Below, piece by piece: positions 50,384 through 61,330 of a DNA stretch of 64,000 nucleotides. The translations under genes were made by a program, and so were the position numbers. Within the stretch, counting starts at the first letter, position 1. Each line of letters begins with the position of its first letter. The notes below the pieces were generated by a model. The model had not been told where the DNA came from, searched no databases, and saw nothing but the letters and a program-made list of their open reading frames with translations. This DNA comes from Octopus sinensis (lineage: Eukaryota), in assembly GCF_006345805.1 (NCBI RefSeq), contig NC_043000.1, forward strand, positions 13,268,001 to 13,332,000. The letters run 5' to 3'.

Positions 50384-50765
50384 GTTTGTTTGTTTGTTTG
50401 TTTGTTGAGCGAAGCGGTCTTCGTCCCAGAGTGGGAGAAGTCCGAAACGTGGTCCTTTGCTATTCGTAAGACCCGCGGAAGAGAAAGCAGGTCAACCCCG
50501 ACACCGAGAGCATCGACGGATGGATGAATGCGCATCCAGGCTCAGCGGTTGCGTAGGAAGTCGGGGACAAGAAACAGGAAGAAAGAGTGAGAGAAAGTTG
50601 GAGCGAAAGAGTACAACAGGGGTCGCCACCACCCCCTGCCGGAGCCTCGTGGAGCTTTAGGTGTTTTCGCTCAATAAACACACACAACGCCCGGTCTGGG
50701 AATCGAAACCACGATCCTCCGACCGTGAGTTCGCTGCCCTAACCACTGGGCCATTGCGCCTCCAC
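50384..50765 (-). mobile_element. SINE family B, body 4, with (AAAC)n tail
   Basis: B head followed by a distinct GC-rich body ending gcttcgctcaacaaacaaacaaac. Confidence 0.8.
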
Positions 50766-52055
50766 TGCTGCTGCTGTTGCCATTGCTGCTGCTACAGTTG
50801 GTGTAGGTGGTTGTGGTGTTGTAGTGTTTGTTTTACAGGTTTGCTGCAGCTGTTGTTTAATGAATAAACCCGAGATCAAGGTTTTTCCAACCATGATAAA
50901 CTTCTCTTTTCTTCCAAATTATCCAATGTGTCCTATTTCTTGAAAGACAATAGCGTGTAATTCGAGGGATACTTAGCTGCTCTTTAAGCAGGTTGATCAA
51001 ACGCCTACAAGCTCTCTCATTGCTGTTGTTACGAGTTATTGTATTTCAAAATCGTTCTTCTATTCAATCAACATTAATGAACGTGTGTGAAAGATCAGTC
51101 AGTGTGTGTGTGTGTGTATGAGTGAGTGTGAGTGAGTGTGTGTGTGTGAGTGTGTGTGTGTGTGTGTGAGTGTGAGTGTGAGTGAGTGTATGTGTGTGTG
51201 AGTGTGTGTGTGTTTGTGTGTGTGTATGTGTGAGTGTGTGTGAGTGTGTGTGTGTGTGAGTGTGTGTGTGTGTGTGTGTGTGTAAGTGTGTGTGTGTGTT
51301 TGTATCTAGGCCGCTATCACTGTTTAAAAACCTGTGTTAGCTAGTTTAAGTCTATATAACCAAGCAGTTCGGCAAAAGGGATCGATAGGATAATTACCAG
51401 ACTTTACTAAGTAAGCACTGGGATCGATTTGTTCGACTAAAATCCTTCAAAACGGTGCCGCAGCATGACCGCAGCATGACCGCAGCCTCATGAGAGAAAG
51501 AACTGAATGATACACACACACGCGCGCACATACACACACACTCTCTCTCTCACACGCACGCACACACACGCACACTCACACACACACGGACGCACACACA
51601 CACACACTCACACACACACGCACGCACACACACGCACATACACACACACATGTTTTTCTTTGAGATATTTCATCTCAAAAGTGTTCAAACTGGTCGCTAA
51701 CAAAGTGACAAGACTTTTTCAGTTAAAAGATTCCCCGAGGTTTGTAAATGTGTGGTTGAGTTGATGTGTTGGTTGATCTGTCGATGCATATACCGGACTG
51801 TGTGCGTCTGTTCACATAAGAATCTCAGATGCGGGGAATTTTTTGGAATGTCTCACAAATCTCACTTTGCTGATGCACGAAACTCTGTTTTTGAGTCTCT
51901 TTGCTACACCTGCAGATTAAAAACATATAAACCTAGTTTTTGAATTCTGTTCTCCTGCCTGTATCACCAAATCTGTGCACGCGCGCGTTATACATACATA
52001 CATACATACATACATACACACACACCCACACACACCCACACACACACTCACACAT

Positions 52056-52275
52056 ATACATATTAGAGGGATGACCACTATGTGGACAACCCTTATGCTA
52101 GAATATAGATCCGCTATGGTCTTACCACTAAGAAATATTCTCAAGAAAAATTTAGCAAAATTTAGCAAAATTTTGCTAAATTTTTCTTGAGAACATTTCT
52201 TAGTGGTACGACCATAGCGGATCTACTTCTAGCATAAGGTTTGTCCACATAGAGGTCATCCCTCTCATATGTATA
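52056..52275. repeat. Near-perfect long palindrome (fold-back element)
   Basis: gagggatgacc..tatgtggaca..ccttatgctagaa..agatccgctatggt..accactaagaaat.ttctcaagaaaaatttagcaaaa is mirrored on the other side of about 52165. Confidence 0.85.
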
Positions 52276-52279
52276 TAAT

Positions 52280-52373
52280 ACAATTTACTGAACCTTCAGA
52301 CTTTAATATGCTAGACCACTGGTGTTAAATTGCTGTTAATTAAATTAATATCCAATTTCTCACCCTCATTTTA

Positions 52374-52380
<7 letters not shown>
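52280..52380. mobile_element. Diverged fragment of block C of the PLE-like element
   Basis: tttaatatgctagaccactggt...aatttct matches 53734-53780 and abuts (TA)n. Confidence 0.55.
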
Positions 52381-52420
<40 letters not shown>

Positions 52421-52783
52421 GAGAGAGGAGAAGGAGAGAGAGAGAGGTAGTTCGATCTTATTCAAAGCTTGACCACTTCTTGTTAGATGTGCTCTTTTCG
52501 TGGCTTTTTGAGTCTTACGAGCTGTTTGAAAATTAGCAATGCAAACAGTGCAAAATATGTCTCACTTCAAGTAACACAGTGTTGTTTGCCTTGTTTGATA
52601 TATGAATTTTAAAAAGCCTGATATATATATACCAATTAAGGACTGAACACGAAAAGTGGACAGTCAACATGCTAGATATAGACGTCAAATCGCCATTCTC
52701 CACAAAAGATTATGTTCTCAAATCAAACTCAGCACAAAGCCAAAGCAATAAACAAGTGAAAATATACGAAATAAAATAATTAC

Positions 52784-52847
52784 CCATGTACTGATCAGTT
52801 TCGGCTATTATTATCCGCAAGGATAACTGCAGCCTTCATCAGCATGG
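52784..52847 (-). ncRNA. Type I hammerhead ribozyme motif, second copy in inverted orientation
   Basis: Exact reverse complement of the 53486-53549 motif (+ strand reads ccatgtactgatcagtttcggct...agccttcatcagcatgg). Confidence 0.85.
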
Positions 52848-53485
52848 TCCGTTGAGAATGCAATTTGCTGGACTAGATGCAAAAACAATACCGGAGTATC
52901 GCGTGCATGGAGTTCAACCTATTACATTCGAATATATCTTTCAAATGCATCTACTTTGGCGCGTTGAGACCCGAAAAAACCATTCTGCAGTTAATAATTA
53001 GCAGCAGTCAATTTATCGGTTAGAGAACATATTTATTTATATAAAATTAATTAAGGGTAGAAATTGATATTTATCAATTAAAACCAGTGGTCTAGCATAT
53101 TAAAAAAGAATCCGAAGATTAAAATATTTATATATACCAATTAAGGACTGAACACGAAAAGTGGACAGACAACATGCTAGATATGGACGTCAAATCGCCA
53201 TTCTCCACAAAAGATTATGTTCTCAAATCAAACTCAGCACAAAACCAAAGCAATAAACAAGTGAAAATATACCGATAAATTGACTGCTGCTAATTATTAG
53301 CTGCAGGCTGGTTTTTTCGGGTCTCAACGCGCCAAAGTAGATGCATTTGAAAGATATATTCGAATGTAATAGGTTGAACTCCATGCACGCGATACTCCGG
53401 TATCGTTTTTGCATCTAGTCCAGCAAATTGCATTCTTAACGGACCATGCTGATGAAGACTGCAGTTATCCTGCATTCTTAACGGA

Positions 53486-53549
53486 CCATGCTGATGAAGG
53501 CTGCAGTTATCCTTGCGGATAATAATAGCCGAAACTGATCAGTACATGG
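53486..53549 (+). ncRNA. Type I hammerhead ribozyme motif (Penelope/retrozyme type)
   Basis: ccatg-CTGATGA-a-ggct(gcag ttatcc ttgc ggataa taat)agcc-GAAA-c tgatca g-T-A-catgg. Helix I is ccatg/catgg. Helix II is ggct/agcc plus ttatcc/ggataa. Helix III is the palindrome actgatcagt. Predicted cleavage is after GUA at 53544. Confidence 0.85.
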
Positions 53550-53794
53550 GTAATTATTTTATTTCGTATATTTTCACTTGTTTATTGCTTTGGTTTTGTG
53601 CTGAGTTTGATTTGAGAACATAATCTTTTGTGGAGAATAGCGATTTGACGTCTATATCTAGCATGTTGTCTGTCCACTTTTCGTGTTCAGTCCTTAATTG
53701 GTATACATAAATATTTTAATCTTCGGATTCTTTTTTAATATGCTAGACCACTGGTTTTAATTGATAAATATCAATTTCTACGCTTAATTAATTT

Positions 53795-53860
<66 letters not shown>

Positions 53861-54190
53861 GACCAGTGCAGGACTTACCTGCTTTATTACAAATATGTCA
53901 TACGAGCATGTCTGCGAGAATGATCTTTGTGTCAATTGGGTCAACTGTATGAAGAAAAATTCTGAAATGTGAAGGTAAGTCAGACTTAGAAAGGCAAATC
54001 TTACCTCACGTTAAGCAACTGAAGGATCAAACTATTTCTGTTTTCAGCAAGGAGTTATTTTGCCGAAGTTCTCTTTTCAGTTTTGCATACTTTTCTTTCA
54101 TTTCTTCAAAATCTTTTGTCTTAGACCAAGTCTCTTTTCACCAATTATTTCTGTTAAGAGAAATAGATTTAATATCTTTCTATACTATAT

Positions 54191-54496
54191 GTGGAGGCGC
54201 AATGGCGTAGTGGTTAGGGCAGCGGACTCGCGGTCGCAGGATCGCGGTTTCGATTCCCAGACCGGGCGTTGTGAGTGTTTATTGAGCGAAAACACCTAAA
54301 AGCTCCACGAGGCTCCGGCTGGGGGTGGTGATCCCTGCTGTACTCTTTCACCACTTTTTCTCTCACTCTTTCTTTTGTTGGCCTGCTCGCTTAGCCAGCG
54401 GGGTGGCGTCATTCGAAGGCTAAAACAATGCGAACGCATTGTGACCAGCGATGTGTAACAACATCTGATTGTCTGGTCGGTCACGTGATCACGTGA
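54191..54496 (+). mobile_element. SINE family B, body 3
   Basis: B head followed by gttggcctgctcgcttagccagcggg...(cacgtgat)n; TSD tctatactatat. Confidence 0.88.
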
Positions 54497-54499
54497 TCT

Positions 54500-55290
54500 A
54501 TACTATATACAACTCCCCGAAGACTGGTTTTTAGCACGTCTATACATTTTTCTTTCATTGTCATGGTTCGCATTGTTGCTGCTTCCCAGTAGACAGGTCG
54601 CCATAAAAAAATCTCCTTAGCAATTCGCTCATTAACCATCCATATTAAATGGCCAGTCCACCTAAGTTGATTGGAGACCAGCATAGTATGAATTGAAGAG
54701 ATCCTTGCTCACTCTAAAATCTCTGTCAGGTATAAATGATTTCAGCTAATTCTGAGAATTTGACGAAGACACTTTTGGTGGAAGCATTCTTAGAATTTTA
54801 TGTGGTGGAAGCACTCCGTCGGTTACGACGATGAGGGTTCCGGTTGATCCGAATCAACGGAACAGCCTGCTCGTGAAATTAACGTGTAAGTGGCTGAGCA
54901 CTCCACAGACACGTGCACCCTTAACGTAGTTCTCGGGGATATTCAGCGTGACACAGAGAGTGACAAGGCCGGCCCCTTGAAATACAGGTACAACAGAAAC
55001 AGGAAGTAAGAGTGAGAGAAAGTTGTGGTGAAAGAGTACAGCAGGGATCACCACCATCCCCTGCCGGAGCCTCGTGGAGCTTTTAGGTGTTTTCGCTCAA
55101 TAAACACTCACAACGCCCGGTCTGGGAATCGAAACCGCAATCCTATCACCGCGAGTCCGCTGCCCTAACCACTGGGCCATTGCGCCTGCCTTAGAATTTT
55201 ATATGGTACTTGTATAAACAGTCCATGTTTCAGCCGAACAAAGAAAGAAAGATGGTACAAAAGCACAATGAAACCAAAATGTTTGTATTA
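54500..55290 (-). mobile_element. RTE-clade LINE fragment interrupted by a family-B SINE
   Basis: AETWTVY, FHQKCLRQILRIS and QLRWTGHLIWM..R.AKEIF. The SINE at 54807-55189 has a ~17-bp TSD, cttagaattttat(g/a)tggt. Confidence 0.8.
54807..55189 (-). mobile_element. SINE family B, body 1
   Basis: Full match; TSD within the RTE LINE. Confidence 0.9.
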
Positions 55291-55380
55291 ATGACCTGTA
55301 AGAATTCTGTATTTCGCGATGCAACAATAATATACTACAAAGTATATTAAACATTTTTATATATTAATACTGTGTTCTGC

Positions 55381-56160
55381 TAAGGCGGCGAGCTGGCAGA
55401 AACGTTAGCACGCCGGGCGAAATGCTTAGCGGTATTTCGTCTGCGTTACGTTGTGAGTTCAAATTCCGCCGAGGTCGACTTTGCCTTTCATCCTTTCGGG
55501 GTCGATAAATTAAGTACCAGTTACGCACTGGGGTCGATGTAATCGACTTAATACCTATGTCTTTCCTTGTTTGTCCCCTCTGTGTTTAGCCCCTTGTGGG
55601 TAATAAAGAAATAGGTATTTCGTTTGCCGTTACGTTCTGAGCTCAAATTCCGCCGAGGCCGACTTTGCTTTTCATCCTTTCGGGGTCGAGTACCAGTTAT
55701 GCATTGGGGTCGATATAGTCGACTTAAGCCGTTTGTCTGTCCTTGTTTGTCCTCTCTGTATTTAGCCCATGTGGGTAGTAAAGAAATAGGTATTTCGTCT
55801 GCCGTTACGTTCTGAGTTCAAATTCCAGCGAGGTCGACTTTGCTTTCATCCTTTTGGAGTCGATAAATTAAGTACCAGTTGCATACTGGCGTTGATCTAA
55901 TCGACTGGCCCCCTTCCCCAAAATTTCGGGCTTTGTGCCTAGAGTAGAAAAGAATATTGTGTTCTACTAAGGCGGCGAGCTGGCAGAAACGTTAGCACGC
56001 CGGGCAAAATGCTTTGTAGTATTTCGTCTGCCGCTACGTTCTGAGTTCAAATTCTGCCGGGTCGATTTTGGCCTTTCATCCTTTCGGGATCGATAAATTA
56101 AGTACCATTTGCGTAATGGGATCGATCTAATCCACTGCTTGTGCCTAGAATAGAAAAAGT
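55381..56160 (+). mobile_element. Family-C SINE cluster (multimer plus a second head)
   Basis: Head at 55381, repeated bodies, second head at about 55968. Confidence 0.85.
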
Positions 56161-56940
56161 ATACTGTTAGGAATTGATAAAATAAGTACCAGTGAAGTAC
56201 TGGTGTAGATGTAATTGACTTACCCGCTCCCTCGTGACTTACCCGTTGTGCCAAAATTTGACGCCAATATTACAGTCTGGAGAAAAACCGGCGAGCTGGC
56301 AAAGTCGTTAGAATGCCTAGCAAAAAGCTTAGCGGCATTTCATCTGGTACTTATAAATCAATATTACAGCCTGAAGAAAAAGAATTGAACTCTTCTAGCA
56401 TTCAGAAACATGTTCTTCTTTCATTTTTATTGAAGAAAAAAAATCGAAGTAAAGAAATCGAATTTTACTTTACAAATTAGCCGATATTAGCAACAAAAAA
56501 CTGTTTGTATTAATATCTTCCATAGCATTCTAGAAATGGAAGTTATCAATCGATTTTCATGCTGTAGTGAACATGCAGAAGAAATTATTCAGTACTTTAG
56601 ATGCATCTCATCTTTTACTGATTGGAAAGCGGCCATGCTGAGCACTGTCTTGAAGGAGCTAATGGATCCCCGGTACTTAGTTTTTAAGTCTGGCTCTTAT
56701 TTTATTAGCTTCTTTTGTCGAACCGCTATGTTATAGGGACGTAAACAATTCATCACCGGTTGTCAAAGTGGTCATCTGAACAATATAAATACAAAAGATA
56801 AAAAATAAAGAACAAAAACATGGTTACTTTTTTTTTTTAATGAGTTTAACGAACAACAAGAAAAGGTAATTTTACATTGGAACATTTAGAAAGACCAATG
56901 ATCAACTCCCAAGATTATTGACGGTTCTAGGATATTATTA

Positions 56941-57263
56941 GGAGCACTCCGTCGGTTACGACGACGAGGGTCCCAGCTGATACGATCAACGGAACAGCCT
57001 GCTCGTGAAATTAACGTGCAAGTGGCTGAGCACTCCACAGACACGTGTACCCTTAACGTAGTTCTCAGGGAGATTCAGCGTGACACACAGTGTGACAAGG
57101 CCGGCCCTTTGAAATACAGGTACAACTCATTTTTGCCAGCTGAGTGGACTGGAGCAACATGAAATAAAGTGTCTTGCTGAAGGACACAACGCGTCGCTTG
57201 GAATCGAACTCACGACCTTACAATCGTGAGCCGAATGCCCTAACCACTAAGCCACGCGCCTTT
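56941..57263 (-). mobile_element. SINE family D head with body 1
   Basis: Co-linear with 28074-28397; TSD ggttctaggata. Confidence 0.88.
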
Positions 57264-57274
57264 CTTAAGGTTCT

Positions 57275-57425
57275 AGGATAATTGCCACTGGGAAAATTTT
57301 CACCGGGATAATTGGCACTGGGAACATTGCCACTCGGAACATTACCCATGCGTGAACATTGCCACTGGGAAAACTGCCCGGGTGGGGGTCATTGCCACTG
57401 GGAAATATTCAGTGGCAGTCGTCCG
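57275..57425. mobile_element. Probable DNA-transposon terminus with short subterminal repeats (MULE-like)
   Basis: Five or six copies of attgccactgggaa in 150 bp. Confidence 0.4.
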
Positions 57426-57522
57426 CGCAAAGTTATTAGCACCAAGGAATTTCCACTAGTTAAGGAATCTTAACAGTACTAATGCTTGTTATGTTTCAAA
57501 TAAGAACAACCAACGTGTGTAT

Positions 57523-57707
57523 TAGTGCGCCGCAATCTTTTTTCATTTGCGGTACACTTAGATTCTTTTCAAAATTCGGCGGCACACCTGAACTAGAAAT
57601 ATAGCTAGAAGTATAGGGAAAAGTTACAGTCAGGTTGCACTGCGGCACACCTAGCATCGTCTCGTGGCACACCAGTGCGCTGCGACAGACCGATTGCGGA
57701 GCACTGG
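57523..57707. mobile_element. hAT-like MITE
   Basis: TIR-like tagtgcgccgcaatc / gattgcggagcactg, with repeated internal gcggcacac motifs. Confidence 0.5.
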
Positions 57708-58176
57708 TGTATATAGATGTATCTTTTACTTGCTTCAGTCATTAGACTATGGTCATACTGGAGCACCACCATGAGGAATTTTTAGTCCAATGTATCAGGC
57801 CCAGTACTTATGTTTTAAAAGCCTGATATTTATTCTATCGGTATCTTTTTGCAGAACCGCTAAGTTACGGGGATGTAAACATACCAGCATCAGTTTTCAA
57901 GCAGTGGCGGGGAATACAAACAAAAAGACAGACACAAATATGTGTGTGTGCGTGTGTGTGTATGTGTGTGTGTGTGTGTCTGTGTGTGTATGGTAAGAAG
58001 CTTGCTTCCTATCCACATGGTTCCAAGTTCAGTCCCACTGCGTGGCACTCTGGGCAAGTGTCTTCTGCTATTGCCACGGGCCTACCAAAGCCTTGTGAGT
58101 GGATCTGTTAGACGGAAACTGAAAGAAGCCCGTCGTATATATATTTGTATGTGTTCGTGTGTGCGTATATATATAG

Positions 58177-58235
<59 letters not shown>

Positions 58236-58873
58236 TACGATACAACCACATTTACATATATGTGTGTGAGTGTAATATATGTTGTGCATCTACGCGTGTG
58301 TGTATGCTTGCGCGGCGTGAGTAAATCACATCGGTACAGATGAACTAAATGATGTTCGCAAAAGAAATTCTTTATGAATCGAAATTTACTTTTTAATGGG
58401 AAAGATTATAAACACCAGCTTACAATTGTAAGCGACTCTTACAGACAAGGGAGAACAATCTGAAATTACTTCGGGATAACTTGATCTTTATTTGCAAGCA
58501 AAGTTATAGCTTCGGGCATGTTCTGTCTTACCAAACCTCGTAGGTGCAACATAGTCGTCTCGCGCCTGCATAACCTATCAACATGTATCTTTAAAAATGG
58601 AAATAACAGTTGCGGGCAGTTTCAATCAGCAGTGATAGTAATACCCAAATACCCAGCACCAATGTACGCCTATGGCTATCAGTCTAGAACACTGGTTGTC
58701 AACCGGTGTCCATATGACCCTCGGGGTACCATGGAAAATTTTGTTGTTAAAATTGATGTGCATTAAATAGGTTATACTTTTATATTACACAAAATATTTT
58801 AACAATTTCTAGAACAATTCTAATAAACTTATTTAAAGGAGAGTATCGTAGTTCGCTTGAAGCATTGTGTATT

Positions 58874-59086
58874 GTTTGTAAAGAATAAAATGTTTTGAAT
58901 GGTACAACAATGCACTATAATACAAAAAAAGTGGACTATATACCTGTCCATCTAAGAATATATGAAGAAGGAATTGTATTCCGAAATATCATTGGACAAT
59001 AGATAACTAAATTACAATAGGTATATAGTCCATTATTTGTATTATAGTGCATTGTTGTACCATTCAAAACTTTTTATTCTTTATAA
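58874..59086. repeat. Inverted repeat with ~70-bp arms
   Basis: ttttgaatggtacaacaatgcactataatacaaa..tggactatatacct versus aggtatatagtcca..ttgtattatagtgcattgttgtaccattcaaaa. Confidence 0.8.
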
Positions 59087-59256
59087 ACTTAATTATAAAA
59101 ATATAACAGGATTTTTTTTAAATACCGAATGGTTATGAGAGCGATGTGTTACGTTCCAAAACCTCTCACAGAAATAATTAAAATCTGAAAACATAAATAT
59201 CCATCGGCCGCTGAAACCCGGATATACTGAGGAGTGTGCGATATAAATTTACATAT

Positions 59257-59567
59257 CACGTCACGTCACGTGACCGACTAGGCTATCAGATGTTGCTATA
59301 CATCGCTGGTCACAATGCACTTCGCATTGTTTTAGTCTTCAAATGACGCCGCCCCGCTGGCTAAGCGAGCAGGCCAACAGGAGAAAGAGTGAGAGAAAGT
59401 TGTGGCGAGAGAGTACAGCAGGAATCGCCACCACCTCCTGCCAGAGCCTCGTGGAGCTTTGGGTGTTTTCACTCAATAAACACTCACAACGCCCGGTCTG
59501 GGAATCGAAACCGCGATCCTACGACCGCGAGTCCGCTGTCCTAATCACTGGGCCATTGCACCTCTAC
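59257..59567 (-). mobile_element. SINE family B, body 3
   Basis: Reverse complement of body 3; TSD aaatttacatat. Confidence 0.88.
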
Positions 59568-60180
59568 AAATTTACATATATTTGCCAGAAAAATCCGCGA
59601 TGTACTGAGTGCGCGATAGGTGAATCGCGATATGGCGAGGGACTACTGTATTACCTTTTCAGGCAGGACCACCATACATCGGCGACTTGCCCGGCCTTTC
59701 AATATTTCACCAGGTTACACATTTTTGATATTTGAATGGACTAGAGCAGTTGTTTTCAATCGAAGTCCATGTGGCCCCTGAGGATCCATATAAGATTTGG
59801 GGGGCCCACGAAAGAAAGTAGTAAATTAGGAATCCACATAAACCCCGGAAAAAACTTTTGTTTTAGATGTATGAATTGGTGTGTAATGCAAGAAATAGCC
59901 AAGTTTCTTCCTTTGACATTTTATATAGTTTAGCTTACACAAGTCAATGTATGAAAAGCAAAATAGGAATTTTGAAATAAGCATAAAAATAGGCGCAGGA
60001 GTGGCTGTGTGGTAAGTAGCTTGCTTACCAACCACATGGTTCCGGGTTCAGTCCAACTGCGTGGCACTTTGAGCAAGTGTCTTCTATTATAGCTTCGGGC
60101 CGACCAAAGCCTTGTAAGTGGATTTGGTAGACGGAAACGGAAAGAAGCCCGTCGTATATATGTATATATATATATATATA

Positions 60181-60469
60181 TAACGGGAAGCTTTATGAAA
60201 ATAAACAAAAGACGAAGGCAGGTGGAAAACAAACGAACAATTGTATTAGTATGGCGCTCAGGAAATATAAATAAAACAAGTCTTTAACGTTTCGAGCCTA
60301 CGCTCTTCAACAGAAAGATACACAGAGAGAGAAAAACACAGAAAGAAGGAGAGAAAAAAAAATGCGTGCAGTAGCTAACGAATCAACATGGCGATCTGAT
60401 TTCGGCCAGAGGTCAAAGATCAAACATGAGACGCGAGAGCGAAATGAGGGGAGATAATAGGGTTGATAA

Positions 60470-60470
<1 letters not shown>
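60181..60470 (-). mobile_element. PLE-derived short repeat, family P2, copy 3, inserted in the (TA)n linker of a family-A SINE
   Basis: Splits SINE A into 59989-60180 and 60471-60705; carries the hammerhead-like motif. Confidence 0.6.
60281..60318 (-). ncRNA. Hammerhead-like motif with non-canonical core CUGUUGA
   Basis: Minus strand: tcttt-CTGTTGA-a-gagc-gtag-gctc-GAAACGT-T-aaaga. All helices are present, but core position 6 is U instead of A. Confidence 0.5.
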
Positions 60471-60501
<31 letters not shown>

Positions 60502-60952
60502 TTGTGTGTCTGTATTTGTCCCCCCAACATCGATTGACAACCGATGCTGGTGTGTTTATGTCCCCGTTACTTAGCGGTTCGGCAAAAGAGACCAATAAAA
60601 TAAGTACTAGGCTTACAAAGAATAAGTCCTGGGGTCGATTTGCTCGACTAAAGGCGGTGCTCCAGCATGGCCGCAGTCAAATGACTGAAACAAGTAAAAA
60701 AAAAAACTAGCTTTTAAACATCGAATGACTCATAGGGGTTCACCAGAAGAAAATTGTAATCAAAGGGGTCCATGGATGAAAAAAGGCTGAGAACCCCAGA
60801 GCTAGGTTATATAAAATGCAGTGTTTTACTCAAGAGCACAACGCGTCCCCCGGACAAGAAACTGGTAACACAACATTAAGAACAGGATTCCGGCAACCCT
60901 AACCACTAAGACACGCCCCTCCACCAGCTGTAGTAGTAATTTATATAATATA

Positions 60953-61330
60953 GGAAGCACTCCGTCGGTTACGACGACGAGGGTTCCGGTTGATCCGAAT
61001 CAACGGAACAGCCTGCTCGTGAATTAACGTGCAAGTGGCTGAGCACTCCACAGACACGTGTACCCTTAACGTAGTTCTCGGGGATATTCAGCGTGACACA
61101 GAGTGACAAGCTGGCCCTTTGAAATACAGGTACAACAGAACAGAAGTAAGAGTGAGAGAAAGTTGTGGTGAAAGAGTACAGCAGGGATCACCACCATCCC
61201 CTGCCGGAGCCGCGTGGAGCTTTAGGTGTTTTCACTCAATAAACACTGACAACGTCCAGTCTGGGAATCGAAACCGCGACCCTACGACCGCGAGTCCGCT
61301 GCCCTAACCACTGGGCCATTGCGCCTCCAC
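60953..61330 (-). mobile_element. SINE family B, body 1
   Basis: Full match; TSD ttatataatata. Confidence 0.9.

Larger units (their letters stand above)
52628..53796. mobile_element. Penelope-like (PLE) non-autonomous element: partial tandem plus inverted copy of a ~490-bp unit
   Basis: Blocks A (52628-52767), B (52768-53020), C (53042-53131) and A' (53133-53272), followed by rc(B) 53271-53565, rc(A) 53566-53705 and rc(C) 53706-53796. Flanked by (TA)n on both sides, and carries hammerheads. Confidence 0.7.
59989..60705 (+). mobile_element. SINE family A split by a PLE-derived insertion
   Basis: Head at 59989-60180 and tail at 60471-60705. Confidence 0.85.
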
